From assembly GCA_031259085.1 (NCBI GenBank), contig JAIRMA010000037.1:1455-65454 (forward strand): a stretch of DNA of 64,000 nt, written 5' to 3'. Numbering within the stretch: the stretch's first letter is position 1; every line of letters begins with the position of its first letter. The notes under the pieces were generated by a model that was not told the DNA's origin, did not search any database, and worked only from the letters and a program-made list of their open reading frames with translations. Source of the DNA: Christensenellaceae bacterium (GTDB lineage Bacteria; Bacillota; Clostridia; Christensenellales; DTU072). Shown piece by piece: positions 18,329-27,872 of the stretch. The position numbers were made by a program, and so were the translations under genes.

Positions 18329-21300
18329 TCAACTAAAATACTTTATGCCGTTCGCAAACACATTCATATCATACAACTCATTATCGCCTTTTGGGAGGTT
18401 TATATATAAATTGGGCTGTATCCGTTCACAATGACCCATTTTCCCAAATATTCGACCATCCTCAGACAAAAGCCCCTCAATAGCATAGTTACTACCATTA
18501 GGATTAAATGGAGATTCCAGTGTGGCGTTACCCTCGAAATCAACATACTGTGTTGCAATTTGGCCTTTTCTTATAAGTTTAGCTAATACATTTTCATTAA
18601 CCATGAAACGCCCTTCACCATGTGAGACTGGTACGTTAAAAATCTGACCTGGAGTAAAGGATGACAGCCATGGCGAATGGTTTCCAGTTAATCTAACCTT
18701 AACCATAGTAGATACATGTCTATTAATTGAATTGAATGTCAAAGTTGGTGAATTTGCAGTAGCATCTTTAATTGATCCGTAAGGTAAAAGACCTAATTTT
18801 ACTAAGGCCTGAAATCCATTACAAATGCCCAATATTAGACCATCGTTCTTTTTTAAGAACGCATGGATTGCGTCAGTAATGTATGGGTTTTTAAAAGTAG
18901 CAGCAATAAACTTACCACTCCCATCAGGTTCGTCACCGCCAGAAAACCCGCCAGGAAACGCTATTATTTGACTCTTCTTTATAGCTTTTACTAATCGCTC
19001 TGCACTCTCTTTAATGTCATCAGAATTAGCATTTTTAATCACAACAATCTCAACTTCAGCCCCCTCCTCTCTAAACCTCTTAGCAGTGTCATACTCGCAA
19101 TTTGTGCCTGGGAATACTGGGATCAACACACGTGGCACAGGATGCTTCATGATTGATGATTTCTTTGCTGAGAACCCAGCAAAATCTAATGTTTCAACTT
19201 CACCTTCAGTTTGCTTAGTAGTAGGATATAAAGTTTCATGCCCAGATAAAATCTCAATTGCTTCACGTGTTTTCATCTTAAGTGATTCTGGATCGATTAC
19301 TTCTTCCTCTAGCATTTCTGGCAACAAGAAAGCTCTCAATGGATCATCATCAGACTTTTCTTCTCCAAACGCTTCGCACGATATAATGCCGTCATCAGTT
19401 ACTGTCGCAATGTGCTCAATGTTATAACGTTTAAACTTAGATGGATCACGTACTGCAATTATAATATCACCTAGTAATGACTCAAAATTGATCTTGAGTA
19501 GACGTTGAAATGTAACGCCCAAATTATCGCCGATTATAGATTTAATAATAGCTGCTACAGCACCTCCAGTTTCGACTACAGTCGCAGCTGTTACATTTCT
19601 CATTATGATCTCTTTATTAAGAGTCAAGTATAATTTCTTAATCAAAGTAAAATCTGGCATTAAGTTATCCGATTTTCTTGAAACAATAGGTAAAATATAC
19701 AATTCATCGCCTGGTTTAAAGACATTTGTTATAAGCCGATCTGCCTCTGCAGTCCCTACCGCAAATGAAATCAAGGTATTCGGCACATCTAAATCCTCAA
19801 AGGACCCACTCATGCTATCTTTACCACCTATCGCAGGTGTTGATAAATTATATTGTGCGCAAAATGTTCCGAGTAATGCGGCAAAGGGTTCACCAAATCG
19901 TTCTTGATCTGCATTTAAACGCTTGAAAAACTCTTGCAAAGTTAATCTGATCCCCCCAGGATATACGCCGCTCGCAACTAACTTGGAAATCGATGCAATA
20001 GTCGAATACAGACTCCCTATAAACGGATTTGCATCGGTTATATCTGCATCAAATGCCCAGGCACATACGGTTGAGGTGTTTGTAAAGCCTGCCTCTAATG
20101 GTATTTTAGCTGCCATACAAAGTGATGGTGTTAACTGCAGAGCGCCGCCAAACGGCATAAATACTGATCCTGCTCCTATTGTTGAATCAAACGTTTCTCC
20201 TAGACCTTTTTGCAACATAACTGTCTTTTCAGCTAGGATTGCACGAATTGCTGCTATTCCGTTTTCTGCTTCTATAGCTTCTTTAACGTCATCAGAATAT
20301 GTTTCAAACAAACCAACACTTTTAAAATTACGACATTGTACTTCTGCCTTTTGTTTAACACCACATGTGTCTAAGAATTCCCTCAGGATGTCTACCACAA
20401 TTTCTCCTTTTTGAAACATCCGCATCCGTCCACTATCTGTTACATTCGCTACCACTGTAGCATCTAAATTTTCTTCGCGAGCAAGCTTTATAAATAGCTC
20501 AACATCACTACTATCAACCACGCAGGCCATGCGCTCTTGTGATTCTGATATTGCAGTCTCTGTCACTGACAGACCTTTATATTTTTTGGGGACTAGGTCT
20601 AAATATATATCAAGACTATCAGCAAGTTCACCTATTGCTACAGCAACTCCACCAGCGCCAAAATCGTTACAACGCCTAATTAATCTTGTTGCATCAGGGT
20701 TTCTAAAAAACCTCTGGATTTTGCGCTCAGTCAATGGATTACCTTTTTGTACTTCAGCGCCACATTGTAGCACACTATCAATATTATGTGCTTTAGATGA
20801 TCCAGTAGCCCCTCCACAACCATCACGTCCAGTCTCCCCGCCTAATAATATAATCTTATCACCAGGTTGTGGTTTTGACCTTATTACATTCTTTTTAGGT
20901 GCTGCGGCTATGACAAAACCTGTCTCAAGTCGCTTTGCGACATATTTGTCATTATATATTTCTCTTACAATCCCTGTAGCTAGTCCTAACTGGTTTCCAT
21001 ATGAAGAAAATCCTGCTGTGGCGGTTTTTGAAATAACGCGTTGAGGAAGCTTTCCGTTTAAGGTATCCTTAACGTCTTTATATACATCAGCAGCTCCTGT
21101 TATTCGCATTGCCTGATAGACATATGCCCGTCCCGACAAAGGATCTCTCACTGCCCCACCTAGACAAGTAGCAGCTCCACCAAAAGGCTCAATTTCTGTA
21201 GGATGATTGTGCGTTTCGTTTTTGAACATAACAAGCCAATCCTCAGATCCACTATCTGTTTTCACTTTTACTTTTATAGAACAGGCATTGATTTCCTCAC

Positions 21301-22174
21301 TTTCATCTAAATCATCAAACAGAGCTTCTCTCTTTAGTCCTTTCAAAGCAATCGTAGCTATATCCATAAGTGACATCTGCTTTTCATATTGGCTATCTTT
21401 ATATAATTCCTTAAACATTGTCCTATACAGATTATATGTCTCTATTAATTCCTTGTTTTTCCCTAACCCCACTTTTGTTATTTCTGTATTAAATGTGGTA
21501 TGTCTACAATGATCACTCCAGTATGTATCTATGACCTTTAATTCTGTTTCAGTAGGATCTCTTTGTTCAGTCTTAAAATAATCACATACCATAATAAGGT
21601 CATCTAACGACATGGCAAAATCGCGGCTTTGATAAAATTTCTTAAGTGCAGGTTTGAAAAAATCCGAGAACCCTTCAACTTTTTCAATTGAGTCGTTATC
21701 CTCAAACTTTTTTTCCAAAGTCTCTTGCAATTCCATTGAACAAATTCTTGAGTCCGTTGGGTTAACTAGATATTTTGAAATAGTTTCTATTTGCTCCTCA
21801 GTCACTTCTTTAAAAGCATATACGGTAGCAGTTTTAACCCTAGGTCTGTCCTTATTTAATAATAGCTGTACACATTGTTCAGCAGAATCGGCTCTTTGAT
21901 CGTATTGCCCATCTAAATATTCGACTGCAAAGCTTTTAAATCCAAACAACCAGGGCAGTTTATTGTAATAAACAGCGTCGACTGGCGGTTCAGAAAAAAC
22001 GTTCTCAACGGCCACCTTAAGATCGTCATCAGAGATGCCCTCTATGTCATACATGTTAAATAGGCGCACAGCGCTTGCATTAATTTTAAGCACATTAACA
22101 ACATCCTCTAACACTTTTTGTGCAGGAATGTCGAACCCTTCGTTTTTCTCAACGAAAATTCTTTTTACAGCCAT
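18329..22174 (-). CDS. purL: Phosphoribosylformylglycinamidine synthase, single-chain large form
   Basis: 1,281 aa. HNHPTEIEPFGGAATCLGG and duplicated AIR-synthase-like domains. C-terminal glutaminase GICNGFQAL...HGEGR. Confidence 0.95.
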   Translation of the reverse strand: MAVKRIFVEKNEGFDIPAQKVLEDVVNVLKINASAVRLFNMYDIEGISDDDLKVAVENVFSEPPVDAVYYNKLPWLFGFKSFAVEYLDGQYDQRADSAEQCVQLLLNKDRPRVKTATVYAFKEVTEEQIETISKYLVNPTDSRICSMELQETLEKKFEDNDSIEKVEGFSDFFKPALKKFYQSRDFAMSLDDLIMVCDYFKTEQRDPTETELKVIDTYWSDHCRHTTFNTEITKVGLGKNKELIETYNLYRTMFKELYKDSQYEKQMSLMDIATIALKGLKREALFDDLDESEEINACSIKVKVKTDSGSEDWLVMFKNETHNHPTEIEPFGGAATCLGGAVRDPLSGRAYVYQAMRITGAADVYKDVKDTLNGKLPQRVISKTATAGFSSYGNQLGLATGIVREIYNDKYVAKRLETGFVIAAAPKKNVIRSKPQPGDKIILLGGETGRDGCGGATGSSKAHNIDSVLQCGAEVQKGNPLTERKIQRFFRNPDATRLIRRCNDFGAGGVAVAIGELADSLDIYLDLVPKKYKGLSVTETAISESQERMACVVDSSDVELFIKLAREENLDATVVANVTDSGRMRMFQKGEIVVDILREFLDTCGVKQKAEVQCRNFKSVGLFETYSDDVKEAIEAENGIAAIRAILAEKTVMLQKGLGETFDSTIGAGSVFMPFGGALQLTPSLCMAAKIPLEAGFTNTSTVCAWAFDADITDANPFIGSLYSTIASISKLVASGVYPGGIRLTLQEFFKRLNADQERFGEPFAALLGTFCAQYNLSTPAIGGKDSMSGSFEDLDVPNTLISFAVGTAEADRLITNVFKPGDELYILPIVSRKSDNLMPDFTLIKKLYLTLNKEIIMRNVTAATVVETGGAVAAIIKSIIGDNLGVTFQRLLKINFESLLGDIIIAVRDPSKFKRYNIEHIATVTDDGIISCEAFGEEKSDDDPLRAFLLPEMLEEEVIDPESLKMKTREAIEILSGHETLYPTTKQTEGEVETLDFAGFSAKKSSIMKHPVPRVLIPVFPGTNCEYDTAKRFREEGAEVEIVVIKNANSDDIKESAERLVKAIKKSQIIAFPGGFSGGDEPDGSGKFIAATFKNPYITDAIHAFLKKNDGLILGICNGFQALVKLGLLPYGSIKDATANSPTLTFNSINRHVSTMVKVRLTGNHSPWLSSFTPGQIFNVPVSHGEGRFMVNENVLAKLIRKGQIATQYVDFEGNATLESPFNPNGSNYAIEGLLSEDGRIFGKMGHCERIQPNLYINLPKGDNELYDMNVFANGIKYFS

Positions 22175-22175
22175 C

Positions 22176-23429
22176 TTATTTACCTATATCGTATCTATAA
22201 TACATCCCTTTAAATTTTATTTTCTTCAATGCATTGTATGCTAGAGAACGGCTAGCCTGCATGTCAGATGCAATAGCGGTCACAGCTAAAACCCGACCGC
22301 CGTTTGTGCATAATTCACCATCTATGTTTTTGGTCCCTGCATGAAATATTTCAACATCTGTCACATCTGGATCTATCGTAATTGGATACCCAACTGTATA
22401 GGATCCAGGGTAACCTTGTGAAGCGGCTACGATAGAGACAGCTTGCCCGCGTGACCATTTTACATCTATCTCATCAAGTCTCTCGTCAATAACTGCATCG
22501 AATATTTCATACAAATCACTCTCAAGTTGAGGCAGAATTGCTTGTGTTTCAGGATCTCCAAACCTTGCATTGTATTCTATGACATACGGATCACTTTTGC
22601 AGATCATTAATCCAAAATAAAGCACGCCTTTGAATGTACAATCGTCAGCATTCAATGCATTTATTGTTGGCTTTATTATCCTTTGAATGGTCTTCTCTAG
22701 CATCATTGGTGTAAAAAACGGGCTTGGACTGAATGCGCCCATGCCACCAGTATTTGGGCCCAAATCCCCATCTCCTATGCGCTTATGGTCTTGCGCACTA
22801 GGCATTAATTTAAAAGTCTTTCCGTCAGTGAATACCAAAAGTGATACTTCATGCCCAGTTAACATCTCTTCAATTAATATATTTCTGTTATTAAGCCCAA
22901 AAACAGCTTCTGTCATTATAGCACTAACAGCATTTTCAGCATCTTTGAAATTGGTACAGATTTTAACACCCTTTCCATATGCCAAACCATCAGCTTTTAT
23001 AACGATTGGATACTGTGCTTGCAATATATAATATAGCGCATCAGCATAGTCAGTGAAATATGAGTATTTAGCAGTGGGTATTCCGTTTTTTTCCATTAAT
23101 TTTTTCGCAAATATTTTGCTCCCCTCAATCATTGCTGCTTTTTTAGATGGGCCAAACACCCTAAACCCTTTCTCCTGTAAGACATCTGTAATTCCAGCAA
23201 CTAATGGATTATCTGGCGTTGCAACAGTAAAGGCAATATCCTTATGTGATTGTAGGAAATTTATTATTTTCCCAAAGTCTAATGGCTCGATTGGAACACA
23301 TATTGCATCTTCCTCAATACCTGCGTTCCCAGGCGCACAATAAATCGTATCGACGTGTCGACTCTTTTTCAACGCTTTAACAACAGCGTGTTCTCTCCCC
23401 CCAGATCCTATTACTAATACTGAAGCCAT
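22176..23429 (-). CDS. purD: Phosphoribosylamine--glycine ligase
   Basis: 417 aa. MASVLVIGSGGREHA start and ATP-grasp GPNTGGMGA motif. Confidence 0.95.
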   Translation of the reverse strand: MASVLVIGSGGREHAVVKALKKSRHVDTIYCAPGNAGIEEDAICVPIEPLDFGKIINFLQSHKDIAFTVATPDNPLVAGITDVLQEKGFRVFGPSKKAAMIEGSKIFAKKLMEKNGIPTAKYSYFTDYADALYYILQAQYPIVIKADGLAYGKGVKICTNFKDAENAVSAIMTEAVFGLNNRNILIEEMLTGHEVSLLVFTDGKTFKLMPSAQDHKRIGDGDLGPNTGGMGAFSPSPFFTPMMLEKTIQRIIKPTINALNADDCTFKGVLYFGLMICKSDPYVIEYNARFGDPETQAILPQLESDLYEIFDAVIDERLDEIDVKWSRGQAVSIVAASQGYPGSYTVGYPITIDPDVTDVEIFHAGTKNIDGELCTNGGRVLAVTAIASDMQASRSLAYNALKKIKFKGMYYRYDIGK

Positions 23430-23457
23430 TAATATTATATTCCTCCATATTCTTTAT

Positions 23458-24999
23458 TTAATGTTTAAAATGACGTGAGCCACATAAAACCATAGCAATC
23501 CCCAATTTATCACAAGCTATAATTGACTCTTTGTCCTTTATTGATCCACCTGGTTGTATGATACAAGATATTCCAAACTTTTCAGCAATCTCAACACAAT
23601 CAGGGAATGGGAAGAACGCGTCAGAGGCTAATACAGCACCTCTTGCTTTTTCTCCAGCATGCGTTAATGCGCGTTCTGCAGCCCATATGCGATTAGGTTG
23701 GCCCATACCAATACCCAGGGTTTTGCCGTTTGTAGCAACAACAATGGCATTTGATTTAACATGTTTTACAACTTTAAATGCAAACCTTAAAGCGTCTAGT
23801 TGTTCTTCGGTTGGTTTTAGCTTTGTAACTACTTTTAGGTCTTTTTCGTCGAAAAGCGTAAAATCATAGTCTTGTACCAAAAGCCCTCCCAATACCTTTT
23901 TTATATCACGCGTTGTTTTTAAAACAGGTATAGAAAGGTCAGGCAATTTTAATAATCTGACATTTTTTTTAAGTGCATAAATATTTAGCGCATCATCTGT
24001 GAAATCAGGAGCTATTACTATTTCTAAGAAAGTTTTTGATAACTCCTCTGCGAGCTTCTTATCTACAGCCCTGTTTAATGCAACAATACCACCAAATATT
24101 GATATTTTGTCAGACTCGTATGCAGACATGTATGCATCAAAAATATTTGAAGCTTCACCCACCCCACACGGATTAGCGTGTTTTACTGCTACACATGCAG
24201 GTGAATTAAATTCCCTTAGTGTATCAAGAGCTCCATCCGCATCATTTATATTATTAAAAGATAGCTCTTTACCTTGTAATTGTATGGCATTTGCTAATGA
24301 GCATTTCTGAGATATACCGTCTGCATAAAAAGCAGCTCGCTGTGATGGATTTTCACCATATCGCATAGGCTGTTTTAATTGGTATGTTAATGTTAGATTC
24401 TCAGGAAAATCATTAGATTCAATGTCGGTTAAATAGTTGGATATGATTGAATCGTATGCGGCTGTGTGTCTAAACGCCTTAGTCATTAATTTAAATTTAA
24501 GTTTAAGTGTATCACTCGACTTTGATTTGATCTCAGAAATTACTAAATCATAATCATTAGGATCGCAGACTACAAAGACGTCTTTGTAATTCTTAGCTGC
24601 ACTTCTAATCATTGTCGGTCCGCCAATATCAATATTCTCAATGGCATCCTCTAATGTCACATTGGCTTTAGTTATTGTTTGTTTAAATGGATAAAGGTTA
24701 ACTGCAACTATGTCAATTGGAGTGATATCAAGGGACTTTAGTTGTTCGACATGTGATTCATTGTCACGCATAGCTAAAATACCGGCATGAACCACTGGAT
24801 GCAGTGTTTTAACTCTACCATCTAGACACTCTAAAAAACCAGTTATATCAGATACATTAATTGCATTAATTTTAGCATCTTGTAGGGCTTTGAGAGTTCC
24901 ACCAGTTGAACATATTTCATAATCTAGTTTTTCAAGCTCTCTTGCAAAATCAATTATACCTGTTTTGTCAGATACGCTCAATAAGGCTCTTTTTTTCAT
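23458..24999 (-). CDS. purH: Bifunctional AICAR transformylase / IMP cyclohydrolase
   Basis: 513 aa. [15 protein letters not shown]-like N-terminus and C-terminal ...CGSRHFKH. Confidence 0.95.
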   Translation of the reverse strand: MKKRALLSVSDKTGIIDFARELEKLDYEICSTGGTLKALQDAKINAINVSDITGFLECLDGRVKTLHPVVHAGILAMRDNESHVEQLKSLDITPIDIVAVNLYPFKQTITKANVTLEDAIENIDIGGPTMIRSAAKNYKDVFVVCDPNDYDLVISEIKSKSSDTLKLKFKLMTKAFRHTAAYDSIISNYLTDIESNDFPENLTLTYQLKQPMRYGENPSQRAAFYADGISQKCSLANAIQLQGKELSFNNINDADGALDTLREFNSPACVAVKHANPCGVGEASNIFDAYMSAYESDKISIFGGIVALNRAVDKKLAEELSKTFLEIVIAPDFTDDALNIYALKKNVRLLKLPDLSIPVLKTTRDIKKVLGGLLVQDYDFTLFDEKDLKVVTKLKPTEEQLDALRFAFKVVKHVKSNAIVVATNGKTLGIGMGQPNRIWAAERALTHAGEKARGAVLASDAFFPFPDCVEIAEKFGISCIIQPGGSIKDKESIIACDKLGIAMVLCGSRHFKH

Positions 25000-25057
25000 A
25001 TTTATCCTCTGTCAAGTTATTTATAGATAGCACTATTTAGACAAAACGTATTTTAAT

Positions 25058-25642
25058 CTAATCAGCACATAATTTTTTTAACGCAAGTGGTAGAATCTTA
25101 TGTTCTTCTATTAAAACACGTGCAGCTAATGTGTCAGGAGTGTCATCCCCAAATACAGGTACTATGGCTTGCATTATTATCTCGCCAGTATCAACCCCTT
25201 CATCTACAAAATGCACAGTGCATCCACTCTCATTCTCTCTGGCCGCTAACACAGACTCATGTACTTTATGTCCATAATACCCAACCCCAGAAAATTTCGG
25301 GATAAGAGATGGATGAATATTGATCATCCTTCCTAAATATTTTTTTACAAAAAATGCAGGTAAAATCTTAATATAACCAGCTAGAACTATGTAGTCTATA
25401 TTAAGAACGGTTAATAGGTCTGACACAATTACATATTCAGAATTGATTTTACTCTTATCCTTAAAATTAATTACATGTGTCTTTATTTGCGAATTCTCAG
25501 CAATTGATAAAGCCCCAGCCGTAGGATTTGATGAAACTACCAATACAATCTCAGCATTTATATCACCAGCCTCGGTTTTCTCAAGGATTGCTTTAAAATT
25601 ACTGCCCGTGCCAGACACAAATACAGCAATACGTTTTTTCAT
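25058..25642 (-). CDS. purN: Phosphoribosylglycinamide formyltransferase
   Basis: 194 aa. IAVFVSGTGSN and NIHPSLIPKFSG motifs. 4-nt overlap with the purM stop. Confidence 0.9.
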   Translation of the reverse strand: MKKRIAVFVSGTGSNFKAILEKTEAGDINAEIVLVVSSNPTAGALSIAENSQIKTHVINFKDKSKINSEYVIVSDLLTVLNIDYIVLAGYIKILPAFFVKKYLGRMINIHPSLIPKFSGVGYYGHKVHESVLAARENESGCTVHFVDEGVDTGEIIMQAIVPVFGDDTPDTLAARVLIEEHKILPLALKKLCAD

Positions 25643-26661
25643 AGTCTAACCTCAGATGTGGCTGTTACGTGTCCAATGCAATATGCTTGTTCGCCTATTG
25701 AATTAGCATAGGAAATAAAATCAGATGCGATGCTTTCTTTAACACAAGCGACAAGTCCTATTCCCATGTTAAATGTGTTATATGCTTGTTCTGTGGAAAT
25801 ACCAGCTTTGGAAACTATTAATTTAAAAAGATTTGGTACATCATAAGAAGCTCTGTCTATCGAAACACCATAGCCCGCTGGAATCATCCTGGGGATGTTC
25901 TCTATAAAGCCACCACCAGTAATATGTGCTAGTCCTAATACTTCAAACTTGGAAATAATATCAAGCACAGTCTTAACATAAATTCTAGTAGGCGTTAACA
26001 AAGCTTCCCCTATCGTTTTATCTAACTCGTCAGAATACGAATTCAATAGCTCAAGATCATCTGGATTAAACAGTTGTCTTATTAATGAATATCCATTAGA
26101 ATGTGCGCCTGATGACGCAAATCCTACCAATATGTCTCCTGGTCTAATCGAACTCCCCGATATGATTTTATCACGATCAACTATACCAGTAGTGAATCCA
26201 GCTAAATCAAATTCGTTTGTTTTATAAAAGCCAGGCATTTCAGCAGTTTCACCACCAATAAGCGAACATCCCGCTTCTTTGCATCCGTTTGCAATGCCAG
26301 ATACGATTGAAGCTACTGACTCTGGTAAAAGTTTGCCTGTTGCTATATAATCCAAAAAAAACAAAGGTTTAGCACCCAAACAAACAATATCGTTAACACA
26401 CATCGCGACACAATCAATGCCCACTGTGTCAAATTTATTTAAGGAAAAAGCATATTTTAGTTTAGTCCCTACGCCATCTGTGCCAGAGACTAAAACAGGC
26501 TTTTTTAGGTCAAAATTCTCAATCGAATAAAAACCACCAAAACTTCCTATGTCACCTAAAACATTCTGATCGAATGTTGACCGAACGCTGTTCTTTATTA
26601 GATCAACCGCCTTATAACCAGCCGTTACATCTACCCCTGCATCTTTATATGAAATAGCCAT
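25639..26661 (-). CDS. purM: Phosphoribosylformylglycinamidine cyclo-ligase (AIR synthetase)
   Basis: 340 aa. YKDAGVD and SGTDGVGTKL motifs. Confidence 0.95.
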   Translation of the reverse strand: MAISYKDAGVDVTAGYKAVDLIKNSVRSTFDQNVLGDIGSFGGFYSIENFDLKKPVLVSGTDGVGTKLKYAFSLNKFDTVGIDCVAMCVNDIVCLGAKPLFFLDYIATGKLLPESVASIVSGIANGCKEAGCSLIGGETAEMPGFYKTNEFDLAGFTTGIVDRDKIISGSSIRPGDILVGFASSGAHSNGYSLIRQLFNPDDLELLNSYSDELDKTIGEALLTPTRIYVKTVLDIISKFEVLGLAHITGGGFIENIPRMIPAGYGVSIDRASYDVPNLFKLIVSKAGISTEQAYNTFNMGIGLVACVKESIASDFISYANSIGEQAYCIGHVTATSEVRL

Positions 26662-26830
26662 TAATAAATCCTTTTATACTAACAAGATTCTATCCAAGAT
26701 TTGATTTATTTGAAGATTTGCATCAACGCCCACTCTAAAATACTTTATCAAAAATTTTTAGAAGCGCGTTCATTTGTATGTACACATGCAAAATTTCGTA
26801 TTCACATTAATTTATAAATTAATGAAAATG

Positions 26831-27322
26831 TTATTTATATTGATTGCTAACATCAACGTCATCTCTCTCAACACTAACTTTTAGCAATTCCTTATATCCC
26901 ACTAATTTATTGTACAATTTACTGTCATTGACCGCTAAGATTTGTAAGGCGATTAGAGCAGCATTCCCAGCAGCATTTACACCTACAGTTGCAACTGGTA
27001 CTCCAGTTGGCATTTGTACTGTTGACAACAGACTGTCCAAACCATCCATAAACGAGCTTTTGATAGGTATGCCAATTACTGGCATCGATGTGTGTGCCGC
27101 TATAACCCCAGCTAAATGCGCAGCTTTGCCAGCAGCAGCTATAATAACATCAAATCCATTGTCCTTAGCACACGCAGAAAACTTGATAACTGCATCTGGG
27201 GTGCGATGTGCAGACATGACCCTGGTCTCAACTTCGATTCCAAATGTTTTTAACAAATCATATGCATCTTTTAAAACAGGCAAATCACTTTTGCTCCCCA
27301 TTATTATTGCAACTTTATTCAT
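26831..27322 (-). CDS. purE: N5-carboxyaminoimidazole ribonucleotide mutase
   Basis: 163 aa. IIMGSKSDLPV and AAGKAAHLAGV motifs. Confidence 0.9.
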   Translation of the reverse strand: MNKVAIIMGSKSDLPVLKDAYDLLKTFGIEVETRVMSAHRTPDAVIKFSACAKDNGFDVIIAAAGKAAHLAGVIAAHTSMPVIGIPIKSSFMDGLDSLLSTVQMPTGVPVATVGVNAAGNAALIALQILAVNDSKLYNKLVGYKELLKVSVERDDVDVSNQYK

Positions 27323-27872
27323 TTCTACCTCGATTCTTGAGTTATTAGTGCATTTACAAGATAACTAAGTAAATGTGAGTTTAACAAAAATATACTAGCA
27401 TCCTTTATTTGCCATAATTAAATATAATTATAACGCCTAATGATAACAACTGACATTTATATGATAAGCCCTTGTAAAGTGATAGATATAATACACTTTG
27501 TCATGGGACGTTTGCCACATAATAATGCACTAACTCGTTATATAAAACAATAATCCTAATCAAAGCTTAATAATCATAAAGCACGCGCTGAGTACAAATC
27601 ACATGAAAGTTATCACTAAGCTTCAATGTTTTCATATTAAATTCTGATAAGCACGATAACGATAATTATAACGTAAGTTTATATAAACTATATATTAATT
27701 AACAATAGTTAACTTGAAAACAACCTGATTATGCGTGGAACTACGTTTTAAAGCCCTACATAAATAGTCAATCCAATATATTCATAATATCATATGACAA
27801 ATTGCTTGTCAACTATTATTTTAAATTTTAACTATCACTTAAAAGCTAGATAATACACTGTTTTATTAATAA

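Noticed and set aside
27323-27872. Purine or ZTP riboswitch in the purE leader
   Set aside because: I read both strands for the conserved cores and found no convincing match. The region is left as an unexplained long leader that needs an Infernal scan.
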